A DNA stretch of 64,000 nt, from positions 1 through 64,000 of the forward strand of contig NIVC01003791.1 in the NCBI GenBank assembly GCA_002269645.1, given 5' to 3'. This document shows, piece after piece, positions 1-11,001 of this stretch; positions within the stretch are counted from its first letter, which is position 1, and the number at the start of each line of letters is the position of its first letter. A program made the position numbers and the translations under genes. The stretch is from Macrostomum lignano. Taxonomy: Eukaryota. Below the pieces are notes generated by a model. That model was not told the origin of the DNA, did no database searches, and worked only from the letters and a program-made list of their open reading frames with translations.

Positions 1-224
1 GTGTTTGACGGTTTGCTGCCAGCTGTGCGAGTTAGGAACGGGTTGTACTGGTCCTATATAAGGCCCTTGACATAGCAGCATGCAAGATTGTCGCATATAC
101 CGGTATAAATATATATTACAAGTTAAATATATATTTGAAGGATCGCTGTGGGCACCATGGCGCAACGCCTTTGTCCATTATATATATATATGGCGACGCA
201 GAGAGTAGTACAGACAAAAAGAGA

Positions 225-945
225 TCTAGCTAGACTTTGCGCGGACGCGTTCGCAGAACAACCAAGAGGGGCAAGTCATGGCGGACTGGGGCTGAGCCCG
301 ATGGCCTGAAGTCAGTCAGAAACGTATTATTTAGCGTCACAGTTCGGCCTTGGCCACGGCGCAGGCGCTCAGTGGCTGATGCAGGAGGCCAGCGCCAGAG
401 GATTTTGCTCGCCGCGGCCGTGGCTTTTAGACAGTGGGCCAAGTAACATCTGACGGCGTTACGGATAGTGCAGCTGAGCGCGGGAACACCAGCGCGAGTC
501 ATCAGGTCCCTGGTCGGCACAGTATCAGGGTAGTGCACGCCCAGGGCATAGCGGAAGCAGCGACCTGTAGTGGGCATCCAGGGCTTGCTGTCGCGTTGCA
601 GTCATTGGCACAGCCTCCATGCATATAGGAGAATCGGCTCAACGGCAGTGCGGAAAAGGCGCATCTTTAGGTCGTCGCTAGCGTTGAATTGAAGACGCTC
701 CTGAGAATGCGTGCCGCACGCCAGGCCTGAGTCCTCCTGTCAGAGACAATGGTGTCGGGGCTCAAGAAAAGGGAGCCGAGGTAGCGGAAGTCCTCGCACA
801 CCTTGACGACTTCTCCATTTGAAGAGCTAGCGCAGGGGTAGTTGCAGTGCCCACGTGGACACCTCAGTCTTGGATGCGTTGATCACCAAGCCAACTCGGG
901 TTGATCGCGAAGCGTTGATCAACCAAAGCCACTGACTCCTGAGCG
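225..945 (-). mobile_element. 5'-truncated, frameshifted RTE-like non-LTR retrotransposon (end of RT plus thumb region)
   Basis: Minus-strand translation across small frameshifts gives VGLVINASKTEV...GEVVKVCEDFRYLGSLF...AWRAARILRSVF...DDLKMRLFRTAVEPILLYA-EAVPMT...LDAHYRSLLRYALGVHYPDTV...LSCTIR. This is the typical RTE/LINE RT C-terminal pattern. TA-rich tail near 180-190. Confidence 0.8.
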
Positions 946-1295
946 CATGCAAGCTAGCCAATATTGTACGGCCCTGACTGACTTTATCGTCAGGCATGTA
1001 CACTCTGTGCCTTGGGGGTTGGCCCTCATTTGTGTGAATTGCACCACAACCCCACGGCACCCACAGCACCGAGCACGAGATCAAACTAGGGGGTCGTGGC
1101 GCGTGAGTCAGACCTTCTAGACCTTCAACAGGATGAATAATTCGAATTACCTGAAAATCAGTGCTTAAAATGTAATCGATATTTGTCGTAAAATAATTAT
1201 CATTAACTGATTCGCGGATAAATATCAAATCTGCGCTACTCCTGTAAAAGTTAATTGGACAAGGATAAATATCGATCGGCTGTTTTAGTCGATAC

Positions 1296-1752
1296 TTAAT
1301 TAGTGGCGCTAGCACAGTAATGGAATGGGGGAGGTAACCGGTTTGCAATATCCGTCCTAGCAACCAAGGCCGAGGGTATCGGATATGCCTTGCCCTGAAC
1401 CAGTTGGTGGCAAGCCCCGCAGCTCGATCTTGTTAAGATAAGCGTGGGGGTAAGTCGCACTAAGCCAGCTGACTGACTGGCTCTGGACCTGCTGCAAATC
1501 CAATCAATTCTTATCAACCCGACCAAAAAGTGCAGCAAAACTCACACATAGGACAAAGCCAGGCGCTTCTTGAAGCAGCGCACGAGAAAATGCGCCCTCA
1601 TTGTTTGGCATCTTCTTCAGCAGCTCCGTCGCCAGCAGCGGAGACATTTCCTGGAAGAACCAGCTCTCATCCCGGACGTCCATGAGTTCGTGTCTTCTTC
1701 TTTCTGCGAGTATTTTTTGATGTTGGCCGATCGCTTCAGTCCGGAGCTGGCT
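1296..1752 (-). CDS. SH2-domain-coding exons (1752-1546 and 1428-1296); frameshifted as assembled
   Basis: Exon 1752-1546 has a polypyrimidine/AG acceptor and a GTGAGT donor. It reads ...ELMDVRDESWFFQEMSPLLATELLKKMPNNEGAF, then after removing one T from a TTTT run LVRCFKKRLALSY. It splices in phase to VSSCGACHQLVQ... The WFF-xxMS-xxxA-xLL-xxxxxG-FLVR pattern is an SH2 signature. Confidence 0.65.
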
Positions 1753-2239
1753 CTGTCAGAGAAATGGAAAATGAAAGCGAAAGGAATTATTGCATGCTAG
1801 CAAGGGAAGAATAATGACTTGGTCAATACTGGCGTGGCCGCTGGAGTCTTGCAACCGCGTGCAGGAAGTGAAAATGCGGGTTGGAGCCCCAAGCTGAAGG
1901 CAGAGCAGAGAGTTCAATGAAAGTCTGTTAGAAATTTGATCTCTCTTCCCCTTTTCTCACAGACTGACACTTCCTCCGTTGCGGGTTTCCGTCTGCAGCC
2001 GGCCCTGCGCCTCAAGCAGCCTTGACTTATTAGTCTGCGGCAAATTGGGAGCAGAAACTCGTCCACACCGCCCAGGTGGTGGCTTTTGGCATGGACGCCT
2101 GGAGCCAGAGATCTGGACTAGAAAACCTTCCTCAAGTACGCATTGTTCTAAAGTTCTCTAAACTATTGAAAACTGATTGGGCTTCACAATTGTCAACTTC
2201 TGCTCATTATGGAGATATCTGATATTAGGCCCTTAAAAA

Positions 2240-5200
2240 CCGGTTGGGTAAAGCCTTTCGCTCCAGTCCTCCATCTCCAGCATCCCCTGGCTTTAGGCTG
2301 CTGGCTGGCTCTACTTCTGGCGGGCATCTGTGTGAAGGCGTTAAACCATGCACCCTCTAGCACATTTTTCCCGACAGAACAGTCACTGATGGTTCGAGGA
2401 GGGGGGGGGTTAATGACCGGGAGTTATTCGCACCCAGCTTCCGGGAATTTAAACTGCTGCTGCGCATTTTTATTCAAAAAAGCCGCGCGAAACTGCGAAA
2501 TTTTTTCATCCTCAACCAGCTGCTGCCCAAATGGAGGTTGTTTACAAGCCTACACGGGATTAGCGCCGGATTAGTGGCTGCGAAGCTCTAATTAAGTCAT
2601 AAATATCGGCATGAACAGGAAAACTCGCATAAACAACCGCTTTTTATGACTTTTCAATCTCTGGTCTTCTCTGACTGATCAACCGCATTGACAGGGCGGG
2701 TTAAAGGACTTGCGCTGACTTCTTTTGAAAGCAGAAATCTCTATTTTGATCACGGTTCGTTGGGGCATAATTAGGCACCTGTTTTAAATTTGGGGACTAG
2801 ATTTTCAGTAACTCTGAATTTCTAATAAGCCAGAGGCGGATTTAGAAATATAAAATGAGGGGGCGGGTTTTAACCATATGAGCTCGTAACAATGGGGGCG
2901 CCATAATACACTAGAGGGGCGCCATAATATACACTAGAGGGGCGCCATAATATACACTAGAGGGGCGCCATAATATACACTAGAGGGGCGCCATAATATA
3001 CACTAGAGGGGCGCCATAATATACACTAGAGGGGCGCCATAATATACACTAGAGGGGCGCCATAATCTAGACTAGAGGGGCGCCATAGTATACACTGGAA
3101 GGGGCGCCATGATCTACACTAGAGGGGCGCCATAGTATACACTGGAAGGGGCGCCATAATCTAGACTAGAGGGGCGCCATAATCTAGACTAGAGGGGCGC
3201 CATACTGAGCAATTTGAAACCTCTGTGCAGCAGGTAAATATCTAGATAGCGTACGGAGATTGGCGATAAAAGGAATGATGATGAAGATTCAGGGATATCG
3301 AAGGGCTATAAGCTGATTGGCACATCCAGAACCCCAGCCGCATGGAGTGCCAGTCACAGCGGCACTGACCGCTTCAGGTGTGCAGATGCTGCTTTTCTAG
3401 CTAAGTGGTTGCGTTGGATTACAATTACAAGTTTCCTTAGAAGTAATATTTCGATTACGTCATCATTAAGAGAAATAAGTGTTTTTAATAGCATGTAATC
3501 CGCTCAGCTGAGTCATCAGTTCGGCCGCTGATCAAGGCGACTTTGTAGAGGCAAGCAGCCGTGCCCGCCCTGACTTTCATCGTTAGAGCGTCGGACCTAC
3601 GACTTAAAGGTCGGGGGTTCGATTCCCGATTCTAATGGATCAATTTGTGTCCTTGAGCAAGACACTTAACTCTGCATTGCTTCAGTTCACACAGCTGTAA
3701 AATGGGCGCCAGCATTAGCTGGGGTAATTGAGGGTGTGTGGCGACCCCCCCCCCCGTCCTTGGACTGAACAGCCGTACGCAGTCTTCAGATGCTGCGGTT
3801 GAGCTGTCGGTTGCACATCTGGCCCAATCGGGGCAGTTGTAATCAATTATTATCATTACTGCCATCAGTGTTAATACTAACTTATATTTTTCTTTGTTTA
3901 CATTTCACCGCTAAGCAATATCGATTGTTCAATAATATTAAGATGCAGCTACCCTGGTGGCTGAGTGCGCTCCCGTTACGCTTGCTGAGTTTGCAACCCC
4001 ACCTCCGGGAGCAGACAGGCAGGCAAGCAGGTGCAGCCGAAGCAGATATCCAGGCAAATTGGGGGGGGGGAAGATTCTCGGGAAGAAGAGAAGCGCGGCT
4101 AAAGCTCCATGCAGCTTCTTTTGTTCCCCGCCATCCAGTCTGGGGAGTTGTTTGCTCGGCGTGTGCCCAGCTGCATCTGTGCCCCATCATTGCTAGGCTA
4201 GCTCAGGTCTCAAAAAGCCCACAGCCTCCCCACAGCATCCCGCGGTATCTCCCCAGATATCCTCCCTCCGACTTATCCCCAGCTCCAGCACGGGAAAGTA
4301 AGAGTGGGGGATGAAGAGGGGAAGCTGCATTAGGCAGGTTGAGGCTGAGTTCAGGTCCAGCGGCCTCAATGCAATTACAAGCGTCTGCAGTACTGTTGGT
4401 TCCTCTTTTATTTGCGAGATGGCTGGGTTGAGCTGTGTCACGAAGTGGGTATTTTTCATAATTGTGAAAATTCATATTCACAACCATGAGGACGAACCCC
4501 CCAAGGCACAGAGACTGTACATGCCTGACGATTAGATGGGCAAAATTAAAGGCAACACAATTCTCCAACTGCCCGCAAAGGTGAATAATATTTCATTTGT
4601 TTGGGGAGCATGCGGGTTCGTGCCAAACACCCAGCCCCCCTCCGAGTGTTTTGGGTGTTGCGCAACTCGACATGACGGGGTTCCGCTCAGTCAGGCTGGC
4701 CTCAACTGTCAATTAATTTTGCCGCTGCACAGCGGGAGGGATTCGATTGTATAGAGAATGCTCCCCCCCCCGCCGTGAGCAGTGCTCAAGTGTTTATTGC
4801 TGTAGCCAATGTTGTAGCAAAATGATTCTCTCTGCACACAGGTGTCTAAATAATGCAGGTGGAATATTGAGGCGGAGGAGATGAAAGGAGAGCGCTAAGC
4901 CAGGAGAGTGATAATTTTCGTTAGAGCATTCAAAATTCAGAGAAATGTAACAAACTTCTGGGGCACTAGAAAGGTGTCGCTGCAGGGTGTCACAATGGTG
5001 TTTCAGGAAGGTTGTCTAAGGAAAGTGTAAATAAAGTGTCAGAATGTGTCAGAATGGTGTCAGAATGGTGTCAGAATGTGTCAGAATGGTGTCAGAAGGG
5101 TGACAGAAGGGTGTCAGCATGGTGTCAGAAGGGTGACAGAAGGGTGTCAGCATGGTGTCTAAGTGAGGTGTCAGATGGTGTCAGAAGGGTGTCAGGACGC

Positions 5201-8200
5201 AGCATGGTGTCAAAAGGGTGTCAACATTGTGTTAAGTGAGGTGTCAGAATGGTGTCAGAAAGGTGTCAGAAGGGTGTCAGAAAGATTCAGAAGGGTGTCA
5301 GAAAGGTGTCAGAAGGGTGTCAGAATGGTGTCTAAGTGAGGTGTCAGGTGCCAAAGCAGTTAACATTAATCGCTAATTTAGAATCTATATCAACATATTA
5401 GCAGCATAATTTTTAATGTTTACCGGCTTAGAGCATAGAAATATCCATAAGAAGGTATTCCAATTCGCATTTATGATTATACTCATTGGAATAGAACCCT
5501 CAGCCTGGGTCGCCACTGGGTGGCGGGAGGATTTCGTGACATTGACAGAATTTTCCCGATCGGAGAAAAAAACCACTGTTATTCTCCCTCTGGTGCTGCC
5601 CTGATCTCTCTTATGCTCACTGGTGCAGTGAAGCAAAAGTTTGTGTCGAATGTTTTTTAGAAAATGTGCAACTCAGCACAAAATTTGTCCGAACCGCTCA
5701 ACTGCGCACTCGGCTGAGGCTTATTGCGCATTTATTATTTGTATTAGAACTGCTTGACGGTATTGGATGCTATTAGAATGCACTGGAATAGACACTGAAA
5801 TATATGCTTTATCATATGAGCATTTGCTCAATTTTTATCTTATAGTTGCTATCAGCCTATCTGTGGGGTGGTCCCGCACGCCCGAATGCTATGTAGTGTG
5901 GCCTTTTGTTCGATTCTTGTTCTCATAGAACTCTCCATTGGAGCGACTCAGGAGGGGGGGGGGGTAGCATTGTGTCGGACAATAAAGCGAAAGTTTTACA
6001 GATTTTATCTCTGCTTTTTGGCCTATTCTACTTCGCTTTGGGCAACTCTGTTACTCGATACAAATAAATTGCTGTCTCGCTTTGGTTCAAATACGAGCCT
6101 AGCAGTGATCCTTCAGGCTGTCTCACTACCATTCCTTCAGGGTGTCTCACTACTAGTCCTTCAGGCTGTCTCACTACCATTCCTTCAGGCTGTCTCACTA
6201 CCATTCCTTCAGGCTGACACACTACCTGTCCTTCAGGCTGTCTCACTACCTGTCCTTCAGGCTGGCTCACTACCATTCCTTCAGGCTGTATCACTACCAT
6301 TCCTTCAGGCTGTCTCACTACCATTCCTTCAGGCTGACACACTACCTGTCCTTCAGGCTGTCTCACTACCTGTCCTTCAGGCTGTCTCACTACTAGTCCT
6401 TCAGGCTGTCTCACTACCATTCCTTCAGGCTGTCTCACTACCATTCCTTCAGGGTGTCTCACTACTAGTCCTTCAGGCTGTCTCACTACCATTCCTTCAG
6501 GCTGACACACTACCTGTCCTTCAGGCTGTCTCACTACCATTCCTTCAGGCTGTCTCACTACCATTCCTTCAGGCTGTCTCACTACCATTCCTTCAGGCTG
6601 TCTCACTACTAGTCCTTCAGGCTGTCTCACTACCAGTCCTTCAGGCTGTCTCACTACCATTCCTTCAGGCTGTCTCACTACCATTCCTTCAGGCTGTCTC
6701 ACTACTAGTCCTTCAGACTGTCTCACTACTAGTCCTTCAGTCTCACTACTAGTCCTTCAGTCTCACTACTAGTCCTTCAGTCTCACTACTAGTCCTTCAG
6801 TCTCACTACTAGTCCTTCAGTCTCACTACTAGACCTTCAGGCTCACTACTAGACCTTCAGTCTCACTACTAGTCCTTCAGTCTCACTACTAGTCCTTCAG
6901 TCTCACTACTAGTCCTTCAGTCTCACTACTAGTCCTTCAGGCTGTCTCACTACTAGTCCTTCAGGCTGTCTCACTACTAGTCCTTCAGTCTCACTACTAG
7001 TCCTTCAGTCTCACTACTAGTCCTTCAGTCTCACTACTAGTCCTTCAGTCTCACTACTAGTCCTTCAGTCTCACTACTAGTCCTTCAGTCTCACTACTAG
7101 TCCTTCAGTCTCACTACTAGTTCTTCAGGCTTCCAGACTCCCCAAGTCAAAGGCTAAAAGGCTAATGAATAAAGTCAATTAGTTCAGACCCGCAACTTGC
7201 ATCAAACTGTGACTTGACCACGTGAACTATCTCACAGTCGAGAACAGTAAGTTAACCAGCCACTGCTCCAAAACAGACAGGGACGCAGATTTTCAGTCTT
7301 ACCTTCACCGCCTATCAACAACAGCACTGTCTCAGGCAGCCAAAAACCTATAGAGCAAGCCAAGGACCCCCTAATAAAAGTGTCCAATCCAGACATAAGA
7401 GAGCAGCGTCTCTCAGTCTGAGGCATCAAGAGTCAGGTCAAGCGGCATTTACAATCCAAGCCAGAGTCAGTCAAAATGCAGCTTTGCTCACTCAAGCTGA
7501 ACACAAAAAACCGAGAATTGAAAGAAAGAGAAAGAGAGAAAAGTCAGTGAAATTCAAGCCAGTCGCAGTCTGAATCCTCATTTGAGGACTAGCTTATGCT
7601 AAGCTAAACAGCCACTGCTCCACCCCCCAATATTTCGCACTTATTTTTCTCCCAACACCCATGCAGGCCGCGCAGCTATGTGCTGGGAGCTGACACATTC
7701 AATATTGAAGCGCTTGACCAGAACAAACATAATACCAGCTAACACCCTACTCGCATATTGGAGCTGGAGACTTTCGCTTGGCACCTTGCTTGCCTGTCTA
7801 TCTGTGAAATACACTACTGGAGTGGCCGCTCCACCCTCTCTCTCTCTCTGTCTACATACACTGAGCCAGGCCCTTTTAATTCGTTTCACTCTCTCCTTAC
7901 TCTACTGGCTCTGCGGAAGCTGTCTTCCAATTTAAAACGTGCTCATTTTTGGAAGTGCTGAACTCTTGTTGATTGTTGTGTGTTGACTCAGAAAAGATTG
8001 GATGTCAGACCGATTGACGGAGTTGTCGGACCCATTGAGGGGGTTGTCAGATAGATTGACGGGTTGTCAGACATATTGACGGGGTTATCAGACCGATTAA
8101 TGGATTGTTAGACCGATTGACGGGTTGACAGACCGATTAATGGATTGTCAGACCGATTGACGGGGTTGACAGACCGATTGACGGCGTTGTCAGACCGATT

Positions 8201-9500
8201 GATTGGGATTGAGATATTAGGGGTGGGATGTCACAGATTGGGATATCAGGGGCTGGGATGTCACAGATCGGGATATCAGGGGGTGGGATGTCACAGATTG
8301 GGATATCAGGGGCTGGGATGTCACAGATTGGGATATCAGGGGGTGAGATGTCACAAATTGGGGTATCAGGGGGTGGTATGTCACAGATCGGGATATCAGG
8401 GGGTGGGATGTCACAGATTGGGATATCAGGGGGTGGGATGTCACAGATTGGGATATCAGGGGTGGGATGTCACAGGTTGGGATTTCAAGGATTGAAATGT
8501 CTACTTCCTGCTCACTACTCTCTACTCTCTACTCTTGACTCTCTACTTTCTACCCTCTACTCTCCGATTCTACTCAGAGGTCAGGATGTCAGCCTGATTG
8601 GCAAAGATCTCAGACATCCAAAATTAACGGGTCGGGATGTCCGACCGAAAGCAATGCTTAGGGGTCAGATCGGTTCGGATGGTTTGTCAGAACAGAATAT
8701 CATATTGAATTTTAAGACTTTCTACTTTTTATAATGATTCAATAAGGAAGTTTAAGCGTACGAGTAACTTACCTCAGATTACTGTCGGAGTTATCAGAGT
8801 GCTCGAGTCCAATCAAAAGCCGAGAACTTGATGGCGCCTTTAGCTTATCACTGCATTATAAAAGAGTTATTAATGCAATACTGAATAGTTAATAGCTTAA
8901 CTATGACTCAATGGTGCTGAAGGCAGAACTATATGCAGACAGACGGACAGTGAGAGTTTTCTATTTTGGACTTATCAATTGTCTCCAAATCTCTTATAAG
9001 ACTGCTAGAGGCTATACCGAAGTATTCATTGGCCGTCAGCCCAACAGGCCAATGGCTCTCTCTGGTATGCAACCCCCCCTAGCCTGCACGCATTCTATGT
9101 AGGGCTTAAGACCAAAATTCACAGGAGTTAATGACGGACAGGTGAAGAGGAGGCCCGTGACACAAATTATGACAGAAAAAATTATCATGCTATGATGCTA
9201 TTTGTCTAGATAAAAAACATGTGTAACGCTTTTTTACACAGCTTAATAGGGGAGTTCCCCCCTTGTAGTCGCTAATGACTCATAAAGTGGGAATAATTAG
9301 CAAAGGACGCTGGGGTGATGGTGATTGGCTTTTTTAAATGGATATTGATGGATGTCGGGGACAGCTTGGCTTAGTGAGAAAGTGGCGCTGACCTGCAGGC
9401 TGTCGGGTGGGAGCCAGACTGGGGGGGACAGCTCAGTGGCTTGGATGCCAGCAGTATAAACTTCTCGCGATTTCCTGAGCCCTCCGCATGCTCCATGACT
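2240..9500 (-). CDS. Candidate upstream small exons of the SH2 gene (approx. 9500-9393, 8850-8773, 5619-5483, 2549-2434, 2385-~2240)
   Basis: Each candidate has an AG acceptor and an open frame, and the first four have a GT donor. Phases match for 9393->8850, 8773->5619 and 2434->2385. They lie between minisatellite arrays. No recognisable domain, and the model is incomplete. Confidence 0.4.
2831..3225 (+). mobile_element. Dispersed MITE-like element with an internal 24-bp minisatellite (GGGGCGCCATAATATACACTAGAG)n
   Basis: About 13 tandem units. The unique flanks (AGGCGGATTTAGAAATA...TTTTAACCATA and TACTGAGCAA) recur in reverse orientation at 11733-12230. Confidence 0.7.
3580..3858 (+). mobile_element. 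tRNA-derived CORE-type SINE, copy 1
   Basis: B box GGTTCGATTCC at ~3616. CORE-like TGTGTCCTTGAGCAAGACACTTAAC...CTGTAAAATGGG. ATT-rich tail. Near-identical to 15631-15931 and 16815-17115. Confidence 0.8.
5030..5345. repeat. Degenerate ~10-11-bp tandem repeat (GGTGTCAGAA)
   Basis: Directly visible. Confidence 0.85.
6100..7130. repeat. Minisatellite: 24-bp CCTTCAGGCTGTCTCACTACCATT, switching to 20-bp TCCTTCAGTCTCACTACTAG
   Basis: Directly visible; the unit switch is at ~6730. Confidence 0.95.
8000..8490. repeat. Two adjacent minisatellites (~20-bp TGTCAGACCGATTGACGGGT; 30-bp GGGTGGGATGTCACAGATTGGGATATCAGG)
   Basis: Directly visible. Confidence 0.9.
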
Positions 9501-9619
9501 CTGTTGTTGTGGGGGTGCTGTTAATGGAGTTAAGGGGGATATTAGGGGGTTCTTGGGGAGAGCATGTTGTTGTTGGTGGCTGTTGTTATTGGGGGGCGTT
9601 GTTAAGGGGTTGTTGGGGA

Positions 9620-10145
9620 GGGGCTGTTGTTGTCAGGAAGGGGCTGTTGTTGTCAGGGAGGGGCTGTTGTTGTCGGGGAGGGGCTGTTGTTGTCGGGGAG
9701 GGGCTGTTGTTGTCGGGGAGGGGCTGTTGTTGTCGGGGAGGGGCTGTTGTTGTCGGGGAGGGGCTGTTGTTGTCGGGGAGGGGCTGTTGTTGTCGGGTAG
9801 GGGCTGTTGTTGTCGGGTGGGGGCTGTTGTTGTCGGGTAGGGGCTGTTGTTGTCGGGGAGGGGCTGTTGTTGTCGGGGAGGGGCTGTTGTTGTCGGGGAG
9901 GGGCTGTTGTTGTCGGGGAGGGGCTGTTGTTGTCGGGGAGGGGCTGTTGTTGTCGGGGAGGGGCTGTTGTTGTCGGGGAGGGGCTGTTGTTGTCGGGGAG
10001 GGGCTGTTGTTGTCGGGGAGGGGCTGTTGTTGTCGGGGAGGGGCTGTTGTTGTCGGGGAGGGGCTGTTGTTGTCGGGGAGGGGCTGTTGTTGTCGGGTGG
10101 GGGCTGTTGTTGTCGGGGAGGGGCTGTTGTTGTCGGGGAGGGCCC
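9620..10145. repeat. Homogeneous G-rich 20-bp minisatellite (GGGCTGTTGTTGTCGGGGAG)n
   Basis: About 26 nearly identical units. Confidence 0.95.
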
Positions 10146-10875
10146 CTACTGAGCCGTATTCTCAGCAGTCTTGTCATTATCAATGATTTTCAAAGCTTCG
10201 CCTCGCCAAAGTGCTCTGGCGATGGCAATTTTGATCTGTCATCCTTGATTTATATGCACTACTTCTAGTATACAGATTAGTAGAAATCAGAATATTTGAC
10301 GTTTTTAACTCAACGTGAACTCATAGAAAATGAATTTATTGTAATTTTTTTTTAATTTCTCAGACATAAATTGAAAATTTTATACCTGCAGCTGATTAAC
10401 TTTTATGTGGAGAGAATCGTTTTCTGTAGATAAAAAAGTATTCTCAGGTTATTTAGTCTCTTTGCTGATTAATTGAATTAAGATATTTTGGATTCAAGGA
10501 GTCGATAGGGTCAGCCGACCCCCACTGGGAAAATTCTGGACCCTACCTCTGTATCACACGGAGTTTAAGAACAGTTGACCAAACTAAACTAACATTAGCT
10601 AATATCCATACTAGCGATTAGTTAGCCCAGGGAATACGTACAGTATTCGGTGTCAGAGAGAAAGCAAAATTATCCCACTCTGGGAGCTACCCGAATCTTC
10701 CCACTTTTTCCGTATATACGAGCGCATTACTAATACGTAGGAGGCTAGCTAGAGGGGAAAGATGAAATGAAAAATGGGGATTGGGGAGTTGTTCGTCCGG
10801 AAAGGGAGATGATTTCTGATGGCTGACGCAGGGAACGTTATCAGTAGCCTTGCTGTGAATCACCCCATAGTGTGG

Positions 10876-10904
10876 CCAATGGCAGAAAGTCCTGGATCTA
10901 TATA
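10876..10904 (+). promoter_or_regulatory. Possible CCAAT plus TATA core promoter of the stathmin-like gene
   Basis: CCAAT at 10876-10880 and TATATA at 10899-10904, about 100 bp upstream of the ATG at 11002. Motif evidence only. Confidence 0.35.
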
Positions 10905-11001
10905 GGAGGAGACATTTCCCACACCCCGAGGCCTACGAAGCGCTGCCAAAAAAGCAGACAGCCCCAGTGTGCTCATAGCGCAAGTGCAGCCAAGCTATTC
11001 G

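Noticed and set aside
3449-3515. Minus-strand TGATGA...CGAAA and CTGATGA motifs
   Set aside because: One lacks C3 and the other lacks GAAA; no stem I pairing.
5868-10268. Long repetitive ORFs (QAVSLPFL, RQPEGMVV, GEGLLLSGRGCCC, SQIGISGG)
   Set aside because: They coincide exactly with stop-free minisatellites and are open on both strands, with no splice or domain support.
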